DNA from: a virus
Length of the DNA: 39,965 bases
Strand: one strand, 5' to 3'
IMG/VR virus record: IMGVR_UViG_3300017963_000208
Location: 67,601-107,565 of that record
Made by a program: the position numbers and the translations under genes
Shown: piece by piece, positions 27,651-35,886 of the stretch
Numbering within the stretch: the stretch's first letter is position 1
How the letters are laid out: each line of letters begins with the position of its first letter
The notes under the pieces: model-generated
The model's database searches: none
Told to the model about the DNA's origin: nothing
What the model saw: only the letters and a program-made list of their open reading frames with translations

Positions 27651-27664
27651 GCAATAAGCCCTTT

Positions 27665-27796
27665 TTACTTCCTACGCATCGCTTTCTTACGACCACTACG
27701 CTTCTGTTTTTTGCGATTCTTTTTATGTTTACCCTTCGCACTTCTAGCAGCCCGTTTGCGGCTACCTAGCTTCCTTCTACCCTTTTTACGTTTCAT
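27665..27796 (-). CDS. 43-aa extremely basic peptide (below ORF-track cutoff)
   Basis: MKRKKGRRKLGSRKRAARSAKGKHKKNRKKQKRSGRKKAMRRK; GGAG upstream; fills the gap between two genes. Confidence 0.65.
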   Translation of the reverse strand: MKRKKGRRKLGSRKRAARSAKGKHKKNRKKQKRSGRKKAMRRK

Positions 27797-28022
27797 TAAT
27801 CTCTCCTATGTTGATTTGATTAATGATATCTTCTTGACCATTCTGGAATCCCTCTTTATAACAATGTTCAAGATGGTCCCAGGAATAGCTGCCAAATCCC
27901 CAGTATTCTATAGAATCTCGCTTACCTCGTTCGTAATAATCCTGTCGTTCCCATCTATGGGCCATCCAAACCATCCCTAGAATGGCGATCATAAAAAAAG
28001 CTGATATAGCCAACTCAATCAT
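27786..28022 (-). CDS. small membrane-anchored hypothetical protein
   Basis: N-terminal TM; GGAGG upstream. Confidence 0.55.
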   Translation of the reverse strand: MIELAISAFFMIAILGMVWMAHRWERQDYYERGKRDSIEYWGFGSYSWDHLEHCYKEGFQNGQEDIINQINIGEINET

Positions 28023-28023
28023 C

Positions 28024-28770
28024 CTAAATCCTCCAACCTAATGATTCTAGCTCTTCTATGGCTACTGGGCAAATATTCGCTGCCTTGACTGCTTCTAACA
28101 TCCTCTGGGCGGCATACCGAATCTCTGGTTGAGCGTGTTCTGAATTGCGAAGGCGCTGATAATTTGCAAACGACCGCAAATTCATGGTAGTGACTCTTTC
28201 AGTTAAGCCTCCGACAGGGAGTTGTCCTCGCCAAAACTCTCTGGTTCTCTTATATTCTTCCTCAGATATGAGGCTGTCTTTCACGGCCTCTTTCATAAAA
28301 CGTATCCCCGATTGATAGTTATGGTAAGCCATCTCACAGGAATTGTAGTACATCTCCATAAGCTCAAGTGTTGGGGGAGATGAACGATGTCCTAAAGCCC
28401 TCTGCCAACGGTCCTCTGTGTCTCTGCTTTGAGCTTTGTTCAAAATATCGTAAACATCGTCTGGAATATCATAATACTCTCTAGGCATAGTTCGATATCT
28501 GCCTGATAGTCCGTTGTGGCTCATAGTCCGGTGTGTCATGTGCTGACGGTCCGTGAACAGAGGCCATCTGAACCAAAATCTAAAAACCACCGATTCAAAC
28601 GGAGTACCATGTCCATCCCTAGCCAACTGCCTAACCAAAGACTCAACCTCGAAATCAGTTTTCTTGGCTCTGGTGGCTTTGTTATAAGAAGATACCCAGG
28701 CAGTCTCAGCTATACTGCGGTCCGATCCTAGATGTCCCTGTAACTCTACTTCAATCTGTTCAAAACCCAT
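28024..28770 (-). CDS. thyX: flavin-dependent thymidylate synthase (variant signature)
   Basis: HGTPFE, RQ..THR..S.N.LSGRY, R...P, NLRS..N...R....AQ.EIR; start reassigned to MGFEQ. Confidence 0.88.
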   Translation of the reverse strand: MGFEQIEVELQGHLGSDRSIAETAWVSSYNKATRAKKTDFEVESLVRQLARDGHGTPFESVVFRFWFRWPLFTDRQHMTHRTMSHNGLSGRYRTMPREYYDIPDDVYDILNKAQSRDTEDRWQRALGHRSSPPTLELMEMYYNSCEMAYHNYQSGIRFMKEAVKDSLISEEEYKRTREFWRGQLPVGGLTERVTTMNLRSFANYQRLRNSEHAQPEIRYAAQRMLEAVKAANICPVAIEELESLGWRI

Positions 28771-29024
28771 TAGATAAACTCCAGCCAAACTCTCACACAG
28801 CCGCTGTTCCAAGAACTGGCAAATTCCCATTCTATCTCATTTCTATCTAGATAGGCAAGAACTGCGTCCTTTATTTTCCCATGGCCCACAATAAGTTCTA
28901 GAGCCATGGTGTCATCTAGGGCTAGGGAGTTTTCCAGGTCTGCTATAGCCTGGTCCACTGTAAGCCCGTGATAGTCCCTAACTGTCGTGGTTATCCTTTG
29001 CATCTTCTTGCACTTTCTCCGCAT
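28770..29024 (-). CDS. stand-alone Smr domain protein
   Basis: DYHGLTV..A, LIVGHG, N.G...V. Confidence 0.75.
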   Translation of the reverse strand: MRRKCKKMQRITTTVRDYHGLTVDQAIADLENSLALDDTMALELIVGHGKIKDAVLAYLDRNEIEWEFASSWNSGCVRVWLEFI

Positions 29025-29256
29025 AACCTTCCTCCAAATAACTGTCAGGCTGCGAACGTATATAGTTTACTAAGGTATCGACGTTTTCAACCCCTACCAA
29101 GATTTCAGCCAAAGATTCTGTCTTGGTGTGTTGGGCTAACAAGTCCTCAAACTCTTCTTCCGACATTTTATTAATACTATCAACTGCTTCCGCTACAGCT
29201 TCTGGTAAACTAAGCCTTATTCCTAGCTTTCTTTTTATTTTTCTTATTAGTCGCAT
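28978..29256 (-). CDS. hypothetical protein
   Basis: Basic N-terminus and acidic body; coupled overlaps. Confidence 0.5.
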   Translation of the reverse strand: MRLIRKIKRKLGIRLSLPEAVAEAVDSINKMSEEEFEDLLAQHTKTESLAEILVGVENVDTLVNYIRSQPDSYLEEGYAEKVQEDAKDNHDS

Positions 29257-29542
29257 TTTTACGTTCCTTCATTTCTAAGATTACATCTTCTCTTAAACGT
29301 TCCAGGGGTATCCTTGCCCATTTCTTACTTGTCCAGCTTGTATCAAGCCGCATAAGGAAACTCCCAAAGCTTTTCCACTTATAAGGTTCTACATAGTAAT
29401 ACTCCGTGTCACCTGAGAAATCCCGTCTTTTGACTTTAACGGGCAAACCATTCAATCTCTGGTACAGAGAGCGGTCCTCCGTCAGATTTAATCTAACAAT
29501 CTGTCCTGCTCTAAACTTGAATTTTAGTGGATTATCAATCAT
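29210..29542 (-). CDS. SH3/KOW-like protein with shared C-terminal tag
   Basis: FKFRAGQIVR; ends REDVILEMKERK. Confidence 0.6.
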   Translation of the reverse strand: MIDNPLKFKFRAGQIVRLNLTEDRSLYQRLNGLPVKVKRRDFSGDTEYYYVEPYKWKSFGSFLMRLDTSWTSKKWARIPLERLREDVILEMKERKNATNKKNKKKARNKA

Positions 29543-29735
29543 CTTCTAACTCTATTATATGAAATCCAAAAGGGTCCTCTTCGTCGCTGCTAGCGACTAT
29601 CTTTTTCTTGGGCTTTTCTTTAGCCCCTGTCCCCTCGCACTGAGGACACCACCTTGAGCGCCCCGAACCAAAAATAGGCTGAGTTTGCCCACCGCACTTA
29701 TTACATATTTCATTCGTGTCGTTTATCTTGCCCAT
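29535..29735 (-). CDS. small zinc-ribbon protein
   Basis: CNKC...CPQC. Confidence 0.6.
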   Translation of the reverse strand: MGKINDTNEICNKCGGQTQPIFGSGRSRWCPQCEGTGAKEKPKKKIVASSDEEDPFGFHIIELEDD

Positions 29736-30033
29736 ACTTCATCTGCTTAATTTGTTCTACCAGGTCTCTTACAAGAACCGAGTGGTGAAAACTTATCCAC
29801 TTGCCTCTGGTTTTGACCACGTAAGGGTGGATATACTGACCTGGAAAAGGCTCAAAGTAAATGTAACCTCCACTATAGGCAGCACGTCGCTTGACTACTC
29901 CCTTCAAACCTATACATGCCTTGTATGCCTCTTGAACTGAGTCTACGCAGCAATCCCAATAGGGACCGCCAACAACTCTAACTACATCTCCTACTTTAAA
30001 TCTTGTCTGTCCATGATATTTCAAAACTGACAT
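29710..30033 (-). CDS. SH3/KOW-like protein with variant C-terminal tag
   Basis: RFKVGDVVRV; ends RDLVEQIKQMK. Confidence 0.6.
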   Translation of the reverse strand: MSVLKYHGQTRFKVGDVVRVVGGPYWDCCVDSVQEAYKACIGLKGVVKRRAAYSGGYIYFEPFPGQYIHPYVVKTRGKWISFHHSVLVRDLVEQIKQMKYGQDKRHE

Positions 30034-30470
30034 CTCCAGAAAATCTCATAAAACTCCTCACAGGCTTCTTCGCTTTCATCATGGCTTATGCCTATCAGGT
30101 GTAGAATCTCATGGGGAATGGTCTCATATACCTTACACCCATCATTGTAGTACACGTCCGGGTCCAAATAAATCACGTTGTCGTTTAAGATGGCCTGTCC
30201 ACATACTTTAACTGGCATTATACGTTGAATATGTCTTACTCGGATATCTTTTTGAAGCAGAATTAATTTCCTAAATGCTTCAGGATAATGAGTCTGAAGG
30301 TGCTCACAATTCAATAGATTGTCGAACCCCAGGTAAAGGCTGTCAACTATGGCCTCGGCTTCAAACTTGGTCGCACTAGTTTCTATATGAATGTTGAGGC
30401 GGGGAGGGATTTTAGTACCACATCCGAACAAAAACATAGCTGTAAACAAGATAATAGCTAACTTTTTCAT
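30021..30470 (-). CDS. lipoprotein zincin-like metallopeptidase
   Basis: Lipobox LFGC after MKKLAII...; HEILHLIG..H. Confidence 0.65.
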   Translation of the reverse strand: MKKLAIILFTAMFLFGCGTKIPPRLNIHIETSATKFEAEAIVDSLYLGFDNLLNCEHLQTHYPEAFRKLILLQKDIRVRHIQRIMPVKVCGQAILNDNVIYLDPDVYYNDGCKVYETIPHEILHLIGISHDESEEACEEFYEIFWRCQF

Positions 30471-31414
30471 TATAACCCCACAATTTGTTTTGTTTTTATA
30501 ATACAAAGCTGATTCAACACTTTAAAATTAATGCTCTTTATCTTATTCTTCTGTACAAATCGCCACAGCTCTTCCGTAAAAACGTCGTAGTAGGTACGTC
30601 CTAGAAGTTCCCCAATGTATTGGGATTTCCACCCGCTGTTCTTTTCTGTCATTATTTTCTGTTTAATCTTCTCTATACGCCCCGGAGTAACGTATTCATT
30701 TACAAATAACTCTTCTGGCTCTACCTTGAGGTTCTTTTCTGGGCTACCCATAGCCAGATAGTTCTTCTCTTTGAACTCCTGACGTACAATTTTACCCCAC
30801 GTAGTACGCCCATAACGATTAACAAAGGGCTCTCCGTTTTCATGGAAAGCCTTGATTACCACGCCCTCGCCTACTTTGTTCTTGTCATCAATTAGATAAT
30901 TATTATTGTTGGCGTACCAATGTAGCTGTTCCATGTGGGCTTCGGTGACCAATGGACCCTTCAGCTTACAAATAGGTGGTACTGTATTAATTTCAAACTC
31001 CATCAGCATCTCTACACGCTTATCTGGAGAGTAAAATTTACCTGTATTCAGATTTAAGATATCAAAAGCATAAAACTGGTTCCAGGCAGAAAGACGATAC
31101 CAAGTAATAGTGTGCTTAACTAACCATTCGCCATAAATTATATGATTAGGATATTTTTCAAAGAAATCTAAGAACTTTTGTTGATTCTCATAGATATGGG
31201 CAGTTAAACCCCGAAAATCATCTCCTTGACCCAATACCTGACTACGTTTGGCTCCCCTCAATACCCCGTCTTTGTCGATTAGTACACTAGCATTAGCTCC
31301 ATCTATCTTGGGCTCGACCCAGATATGAGGTAAATGCAATAATCCATCCACCTCCGTAGTGTCTATACGTTCCAAGTGCGGGTACTTATACCAAACTTTC
31401 TGTTCGTTATCCAA
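30470..31414 (-). CDS. ATP-dependent RNA ligase (Rnl2-like nucleotidyltransferase)
   Basis: EPKIDGAN (KxDG), YGEW, AFDI, EGVVIK, GKIV. Confidence 0.85.
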   Translation of the reverse strand: MDNEQKVWYKYPHLERIDTTEVDGLLHLPHIWVEPKIDGANASVLIDKDGVLRGAKRSQVLGQGDDFRGLTAHIYENQQKFLDFFEKYPNHIIYGEWLVKHTITWYRLSAWNQFYAFDILNLNTGKFYSPDKRVEMLMEFEINTVPPICKLKGPLVTEAHMEQLHWYANNNNYLIDDKNKVGEGVVIKAFHENGEPFVNRYGRTTWGKIVRQEFKEKNYLAMGSPEKNLKVEPEELFVNEYVTPGRIEKIKQKIMTEKNSGWKSQYIGELLGRTYYDVFTEELWRFVQKNKIKSINFKVLNQLCIIKTKQIVGL

Positions 31415-31562
31415 TGACTCTATCTCCTATTCCGTAAAAGATGAACAGGGATATCCACCCAACCAGTACAAGGGGATGAATCCAACAAAGGAATATGGCG
31501 AAGGCAAAAGGAAGTCCCACCGCAAAGATTCCCACCAAAACTTTATATAGAAACTCTCCCAT
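31407..31562 (-). CDS. 51-aa membrane peptide (below ORF-track cutoff)
   Basis: MGEFLYKVLVGIFAVGLPFAFAIFLCWIHPLVLVGWISLFIFYGIGDRVIG; overlaps both neighbours. Confidence 0.55.
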   Translation of the reverse strand: MGEFLYKVLVGIFAVGLPFAFAIFLCWIHPLVLVGWISLFIFYGIGDRVIG

Positions 31563-31774
31563 CATTCGTCTGTGCTGTTGGCAATGGTTATTCCGTGATT
31601 GTTAAACCAATCATCTGATACTTCGGGCACTGTCTCCGTATCTAAAGTGATGCCTCTAGTGGTCCACTGGTATTTGACCACCATAGACTCTGATCCATCA
31701 AACATGGTGATAAACTTGTCATAGATCAAATCTTCTACTTCTTTCTTTGTTAGTTTAATCTTAATCTTGGCCAT
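31562..31774 (-). CDS. hypothetical protein
   Basis: 70-aa ORF; AAGGAG upstream. Confidence 0.55.
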   Translation of the reverse strand: MAKIKIKLTKKEVEDLIYDKFITMFDGSESMVVKYQWTTRGITLDTETVPEVSDDWFNNHGITIANSTDE

Positions 31775-32201
31775 TGCCTTGCTCCTTTAATAAATGCCAC
31801 GCTTCTTTGTACTGTTCATACTTACCAGTGGAATCTTTTTTATAAGTATAAAAATTTAATGTCTTGGCTCCTTGTGTGGCCTCCCAAGGCAGCACGTACC
31901 AAATATCTAGGGGGATTATGTGACAAGCAAAGAAATCTACTTCCTTGGCTTTGTACCCTATCTTATTTCGGCCACCTCTAGCAGCCATAACTTTGTAGCT
32001 TGGTGCCCCTTTCTTGCGCCCCCTGCTTTGAAGGTCACTGGTTGATTTTATCTGAACCTTAAACAATGTAGATCCATTATCAACTATTCTGTCATACGGC
32101 GCACTATCGCCCAAAGGCTCAGACACTATTAAACCATGCTCTACTGCTTTAACAGCAAATCTAGCTTCGGCCAACTCTCCCTGTTCTTTAACTGTGTTCA
32201 T
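31761..32201 (-). CDS. PD-(D/E)XK endonuclease, homing-endonuclease-like (I-Ssp6803I / PDDEXK_5 type), free-standing
   Basis: GE.AE..F, P.GD..PYD.IVD, KVQIKS, Y....VDFF. Confidence 0.8.
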   Translation of the reverse strand: MNTVKEQGELAEARFAVKAVEHGLIVSEPLGDSAPYDRIVDNGSTLFKVQIKSTSDLQSRGRKKGAPSYKVMAARGGRNKIGYKAKEVDFFACHIIPLDIWYVLPWEATQGAKTLNFYTYKKDSTGKYEQYKEAWHLLKEQGNGQD

Positions 32202-32446
32202 ATTATATATGACTTCATCTCTCTAACTAAATTCTCGTTGTTTCTTGCTTCTGCTTCTTCTACCATCCTATCTCTTATTCTAACATACTTTTGTCGTTTT
32301 GTCCAAACTTTTTCTGCTGTTTCCATATTTTTTAAACCAATATGCCTGTCTATCTGAGTCTCTAAGTCACTGATATATTTGACACACTCATAGAAATCAG
32401 CTAAGAGCTCGAAATCACTCATCTTTGTCAGATTCTTGGGTCTCAT
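32198..32446 (-). CDS. hypothetical helical protein
   Basis: 82-aa ORF; ATGA overlap; ends ENLVREMKS (possible weak tag). Confidence 0.55.
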   Translation of the reverse strand: MRPKNLTKMSDFELLADFYECVKYISDLETQIDRHIGLKNMETAEKVWTKRQKYVRIRDRMVEEAEARNNENLVREMKSYII

Positions 32447-33188
32447 CGAATATATCCTCCAAAGATACTGTTTTTAGATTACCAGAATCAATCTCTTTTT
32501 TAGCTTCTTCCCAACTGTCCATAAGTTCTTTTTCTTGCTTGTCTCGGCTCTCTGGACCTCCGTGGAAGGATAGTTCCCAAATAATTCCATAAAGTAACTC
32601 GAACAACGTAGGCTGACGAATATCTACCTCAAAAAGTACTTCCTGTCCAGCCTTCAAATCTTTACACTCGCAAATATCTTTATAGATTTTAAACTCAGGA
32701 TTAACTTTGATGGGATACTGGGCTAAATCATTGGCTGACATGAACATAACACTGTAGTTCATAGGATCATCTGCCTTCATACCAATATCCGGTTCATCTT
32801 TGCCATTAACTCCCTTAATGTGGACATCCATAAACTTAGCCCAACAGACATACACCCCATCATCTTCGTGGGAAGTCTCACAGGACCAGTAAGTTTCAAT
32901 ATAGTGTAGGTTAGCGTCTTTTGGCTTAGAAGGAGCCTTCATCCCCTCGATTAAGTACTCATCGCACCAATTACCCAACATCATATGCCAGTAATTCGGA
33001 TTACGATTCATATAAGTAAAGATATCTTTAAGAATCAAACCATCTTCCAGGCTACAACCCACTTCATGTAGCCATTTGGGAGAAATGAACATCTCATCGG
33101 AGATATCCTTATCTAACCACTTTTCTTGGCTCTCGTCGTAGTAGGTCTTTATTAGATGACCACCTTTTTTCAATATTAATTTATCCAT
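32415..33188 (-). CDS. hypothetical protein
   Basis: 257-aa acidic ORF with GGAG upstream. Confidence 0.7.
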   Translation of the reverse strand: MDKLILKKGGHLIKTYYDESQEKWLDKDISDEMFISPKWLHEVGCSLEDGLILKDIFTYMNRNPNYWHMMLGNWCDEYLIEGMKAPSKPKDANLHYIETYWSCETSHEDDGVYVCWAKFMDVHIKGVNGKDEPDIGMKADDPMNYSVMFMSANDLAQYPIKVNPEFKIYKDICECKDLKAGQEVLFEVDIRQPTLFELLYGIIWELSFHGGPESRDKQEKELMDSWEEAKKEIDSGNLKTVSLEDIFDETQESDKDE

Positions 33189-33555
33189 TACAGGCTCCTA
33201 CGTAATCTCCGTGCTTTAGATGTCCTTTCAAGGCATTGACTGGAATTTCCATAGTTTTTTCAGCCGGCGTTCCAGGTTTATGACAAATAGTTATCCGTAA
33301 AGGTGATATAGGCTCTTCTGGTGGAGTTGGTTCTGTGACCTCTTCTTCGTGGTCACCAACTTCAAAGTTTGTTTGTGCTTCATTGGGTATCATGGCTTGG
33401 GTTCCATCCGGGCACGTAATCATTAACCCGGAACCTATATCAGACACAGTACAGGGTAAAATTGTTCCGCGCTCTGCTTTGCCATGAATAGTATTCTCTA
33501 CCCCACATGATAGGAAAATTCCTAAAAACACGCCTATAAACAACAAATACTTCAT
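33181..33555 (-). CDS. lipoprotein with C-terminal TICH...H..HGD..G.C module
   Basis: Lipobox FLSC after MKYLL; P/E linker; ITICHK...GHLKHGDYVGAC. Confidence 0.65.
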   Translation of the reverse strand: MKYLLFIGVFLGIFLSCGVENTIHGKAERGTILPCTVSDIGSGLMITCPDGTQAMIPNEAQTNFEVGDHEEEVTEPTPPEEPISPLRITICHKPGTPAEKTMEIPVNALKGHLKHGDYVGACNG

Positions 33556-33563
33556 AGATACCT

Positions 33564-33824
33564 CTAAAAATTCATCCAACCTTTTTCAGTGGTGGGAACA
33601 TGAGCATCCTCTCTATTAACCGTGAGAAACTGTCCTCGGTAATAGATAATAAATACTTTTGTCCTGAAATGTTCCTCGCTCCTGACTCCCCTCATCTTCT
33701 CTTTTGTGTCATCGGGCAGATAATCCCACTCGATAGTATTTATACGAGTACCTCTAGGGATTACAAACCCCTTTTCTCTACCATCGCCTCTCCATTGTAC
33801 TTCTACTTTAAGCTCAATAATCAT
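33564..33824 (-). CDS. hypothetical protein
   Basis: 86-aa ORF; TAATG coupling. Confidence 0.55.
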   Translation of the reverse strand: MIIELKVEVQWRGDGREKGFVIPRGTRINTIEWDYLPDDTKEKMRGVRSEEHFRTKVFIIYYRGQFLTVNREDAHVPTTEKGWMNF

Positions 33825-34039
33825 TACAATTTACCTATAAGGTTCGGTAATTGACGATCCGACTCCATTAATTCAAATTCTAAGATATCTACCAACTCTT
33901 CTCTGGAATATTTCTCCAAATAAGGTCTTTCCAAAAGTTCGGTCTTGAGCATAGAGTCTGCATGTTTGTTTGCTTCCTCCAAATTAGTGAAGGCTTGGCG
34001 ACTCACCTCAATGTCGATAACTGGTACATAAACTTTCAT
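33824..34039 (-). CDS. hypothetical protein
   Basis: 71-aa ORF; AGGAG upstream. Confidence 0.55.
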   Translation of the reverse strand: MKVYVPVIDIEVSRQAFTNLEEANKHADSMLKTELLERPYLEKYSREELVDILEFELMESDRQLPNLIGKL

Positions 34040-34040
34040 C

Positions 34041-34580
34041 TTAGTCTCCTACCGCCGTCGATAGTTTGTGGGCCATCTCTATATCTTGTTTGAGTAAGGG
34101 CTTTTTCACCCTGTTTCGTAATATATAAGCCGGATGAAAGGCAGGAACCACTACAAAATCATGTAACTCAAAGGCTCTGCCCCTCAATCTGGTTATACTT
34201 TCTTGTTTTCCGGTGAGCACCTGTGCAGCAAAAGTGCCGAGAGCTATAATCACTTTGGGTCGTATCAGTTCTATTTGAGTACGGAGATAAGGAAAACAGG
34301 CATCTACTTCTTCTACTTCTGGATTTCTATTACTGGGAGGTCTACATTTGACTATGTTGGTGATATACACTTGCTCCCTTTCTAGTCCTACCTCCGCTAA
34401 TAATTCGTTCAATAATTGTCCAGACCTTCCGATGAAGGGCCTACCTTGTAAATCCTCATTCTTACCTGGAGCCTCGCCCACAACCATAATAGTAGCGTCT
34501 GTTGAACCTTCGCCCACAATGGGTTGTTGACAAGTACTAATTAACTCACAGAGAGTACAGGTTTTAATCTGGTCAATCAT
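34041..34580 (-). CDS. family-4 uracil-DNA glycosylase
   Basis: CxxC, GEAPG..ED..GRPF.G.SG, TN..KCRPP.NR, FHPAY. Confidence 0.93.
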   Translation of the reverse strand: MIDQIKTCTLCELISTCQQPIVGEGSTDATIMVVGEAPGKNEDLQGRPFIGRSGQLLNELLAEVGLEREQVYITNIVKCRPPSNRNPEVEEVDACFPYLRTQIELIRPKVIIALGTFAAQVLTGKQESITRLRGRAFELHDFVVVPAFHPAYILRNRVKKPLLKQDIEMAHKLSTAVGD

Positions 34581-34797
34581 AAAATAGATAATCCTTCAAC
34601 TGGGGGTAGACAGCCTCAATAAGCCACAGCATTTGGGCAGCGGTAAACTCCTTGTTACCTCCCATCCAAAATTTCAACTCATCTTCCTCATTCTGGTAGA
34701 TTACACAAATTCCCTTAATATCATCCCTTTTCTCATTGAGTTTAGTTAGAATATGCCCCGGTCCTCTACCATCTTTTAACCTAGTCACTTTGCCCAT
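34573..34797 (-). CDS. hypothetical protein
   Basis: 74-aa ORF; GAGG upstream. Confidence 0.55.
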   Translation of the reverse strand: MGKVTRLKDGRGPGHILTKLNEKRDDIKGICVIYQNEEDELKFWMGGNKEFTAAQMLWLIEAVYPQLKDYLFYD

Positions 34798-35386
34798 TGA
34801 TAATCCTCTCTATCTCTGAGATGTGTACGGGCGTGTAATCCCAATTCTCCACAGATACATTTATCATATTTTCCTGAATTTTCCAGGTGCTATGGTTGTG
34901 CCCGTGGATTAGCCATAAACCTTCGTTCTTGGGCCTAGACGCTATGAACATATTCTTATACTTCTCGCCTCTGTTCTTGAGGAACTCCAAATTCTCTGTA
35001 ACCAGGTAAGGGTAATGGCAGAGAAGCACTTTCTGGCCAGCAATGGTTAGTTCTAATCTGTCATAAACTTCCGTAAATCCTATGTCTCTCATTCTTGTAG
35101 CACTACCGTCATGGTTGCCTTTGATTAGGAACTTAACTCCGTTTAGTTGATCGAGTAGGTTCTTCTCCCAACTCTTCCCACACATGGCGAAATCGCCCAA
35201 GTGGTAGATAATATCTCCCGGTTTAACCACTCGATTCCAATTCTCAATCATGGTTTTATTCATCTCATAAACATTCTCAAAAGGACGGTCCTCATATTTC
35301 ATCACGTTTTTGTGATAGAAATGGGTATCCGCTATAAACCAGATATCTCTCTGGGTTCCTTCCGTGAAGTCATAATTATCTTGCAT
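34781..35386 (-). CDS. metallophosphoesterase (AQ1575-like)
   Basis: ADTHF.H, HLGD, GNHD, CHYP, HGH.H. Confidence 0.9.
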   Translation of the reverse strand: MQDNYDFTEGTQRDIWFIADTHFYHKNVMKYEDRPFENVYEMNKTMIENWNRVVKPGDIIYHLGDFAMCGKSWEKNLLDQLNGVKFLIKGNHDGSATRMRDIGFTEVYDRLELTIAGQKVLLCHYPYLVTENLEFLKNRGEKYKNMFIASRPKNEGLWLIHGHNHSTWKIQENMINVSVENWDYTPVHISEIERIINGQSD

Positions 35387-35660
35387 TTTTTCGAGCTTTC
35401 ATAGTTTTTAGTATGTCTAAACGTAAATACCGGATATCCGCTACCGAGGAAGTACCGTTCTTATGCTTGACTAAATAAAGACCGTCCCGGTTCCAAGGTG
35501 CCCATTGTGGATCTTCCTTAGTTAGTTTTTTAATAATTTCTACCTCATCTTCTCGCCAGGTGCAATTAATAACCAGATCATCCTGCACTTCTCCTTTTTG
35601 AGAAATGTCTAAATACGATAAGACGCCTCTATCTCCTGTTTTCAATTTAGGCTTTTTCAT
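35376..35660 (-). CDS. SH3/KOW-like protein with shared C-terminal tag
   Basis: KPKLKTGD; ends RLDILKTMKARK. Confidence 0.65.
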   Translation of the reverse strand: MKKPKLKTGDRGVLSYLDISQKGEVQDDLVINCTWREDEVEIIKKLTKEDPQWAPWNRDGLYLVKHKNGTSSVADIRYLRLDILKTMKARKNAR

Positions 35661-35886
35661 TCTTTCCACGTTTCATGTACTTTAAAGTTTCCAATCTCAT
35701 ATTTTGTTCAGCAGCATAAAATACATCCACCTCATCAACTAGTATTCTATAACCATATTGGGGAGTATCAGATATATAGTCTTTTGAGTATGCTATTTCT
35801 ACTCCAATTATGTGTCCAGTATAGCTATCTCCTGCATGACAAATAAAAGTTACTACCTCCCCTATTTGAAACTTAGGCTGTTTCAT
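35647..35886 (-). CDS. SH3/KOW-like protein with shared C-terminal tag
   Basis: Start reassigned to MKQPKFQIGEVV; ends RLETLKYMKRGK. Confidence 0.65.
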   Translation of the reverse strand: MKQPKFQIGEVVTFICHAGDSYTGHIIGVEIAYSKDYISDTPQYGYRILVDEVDVFYAAEQNMRLETLKYMKRGKNEKA

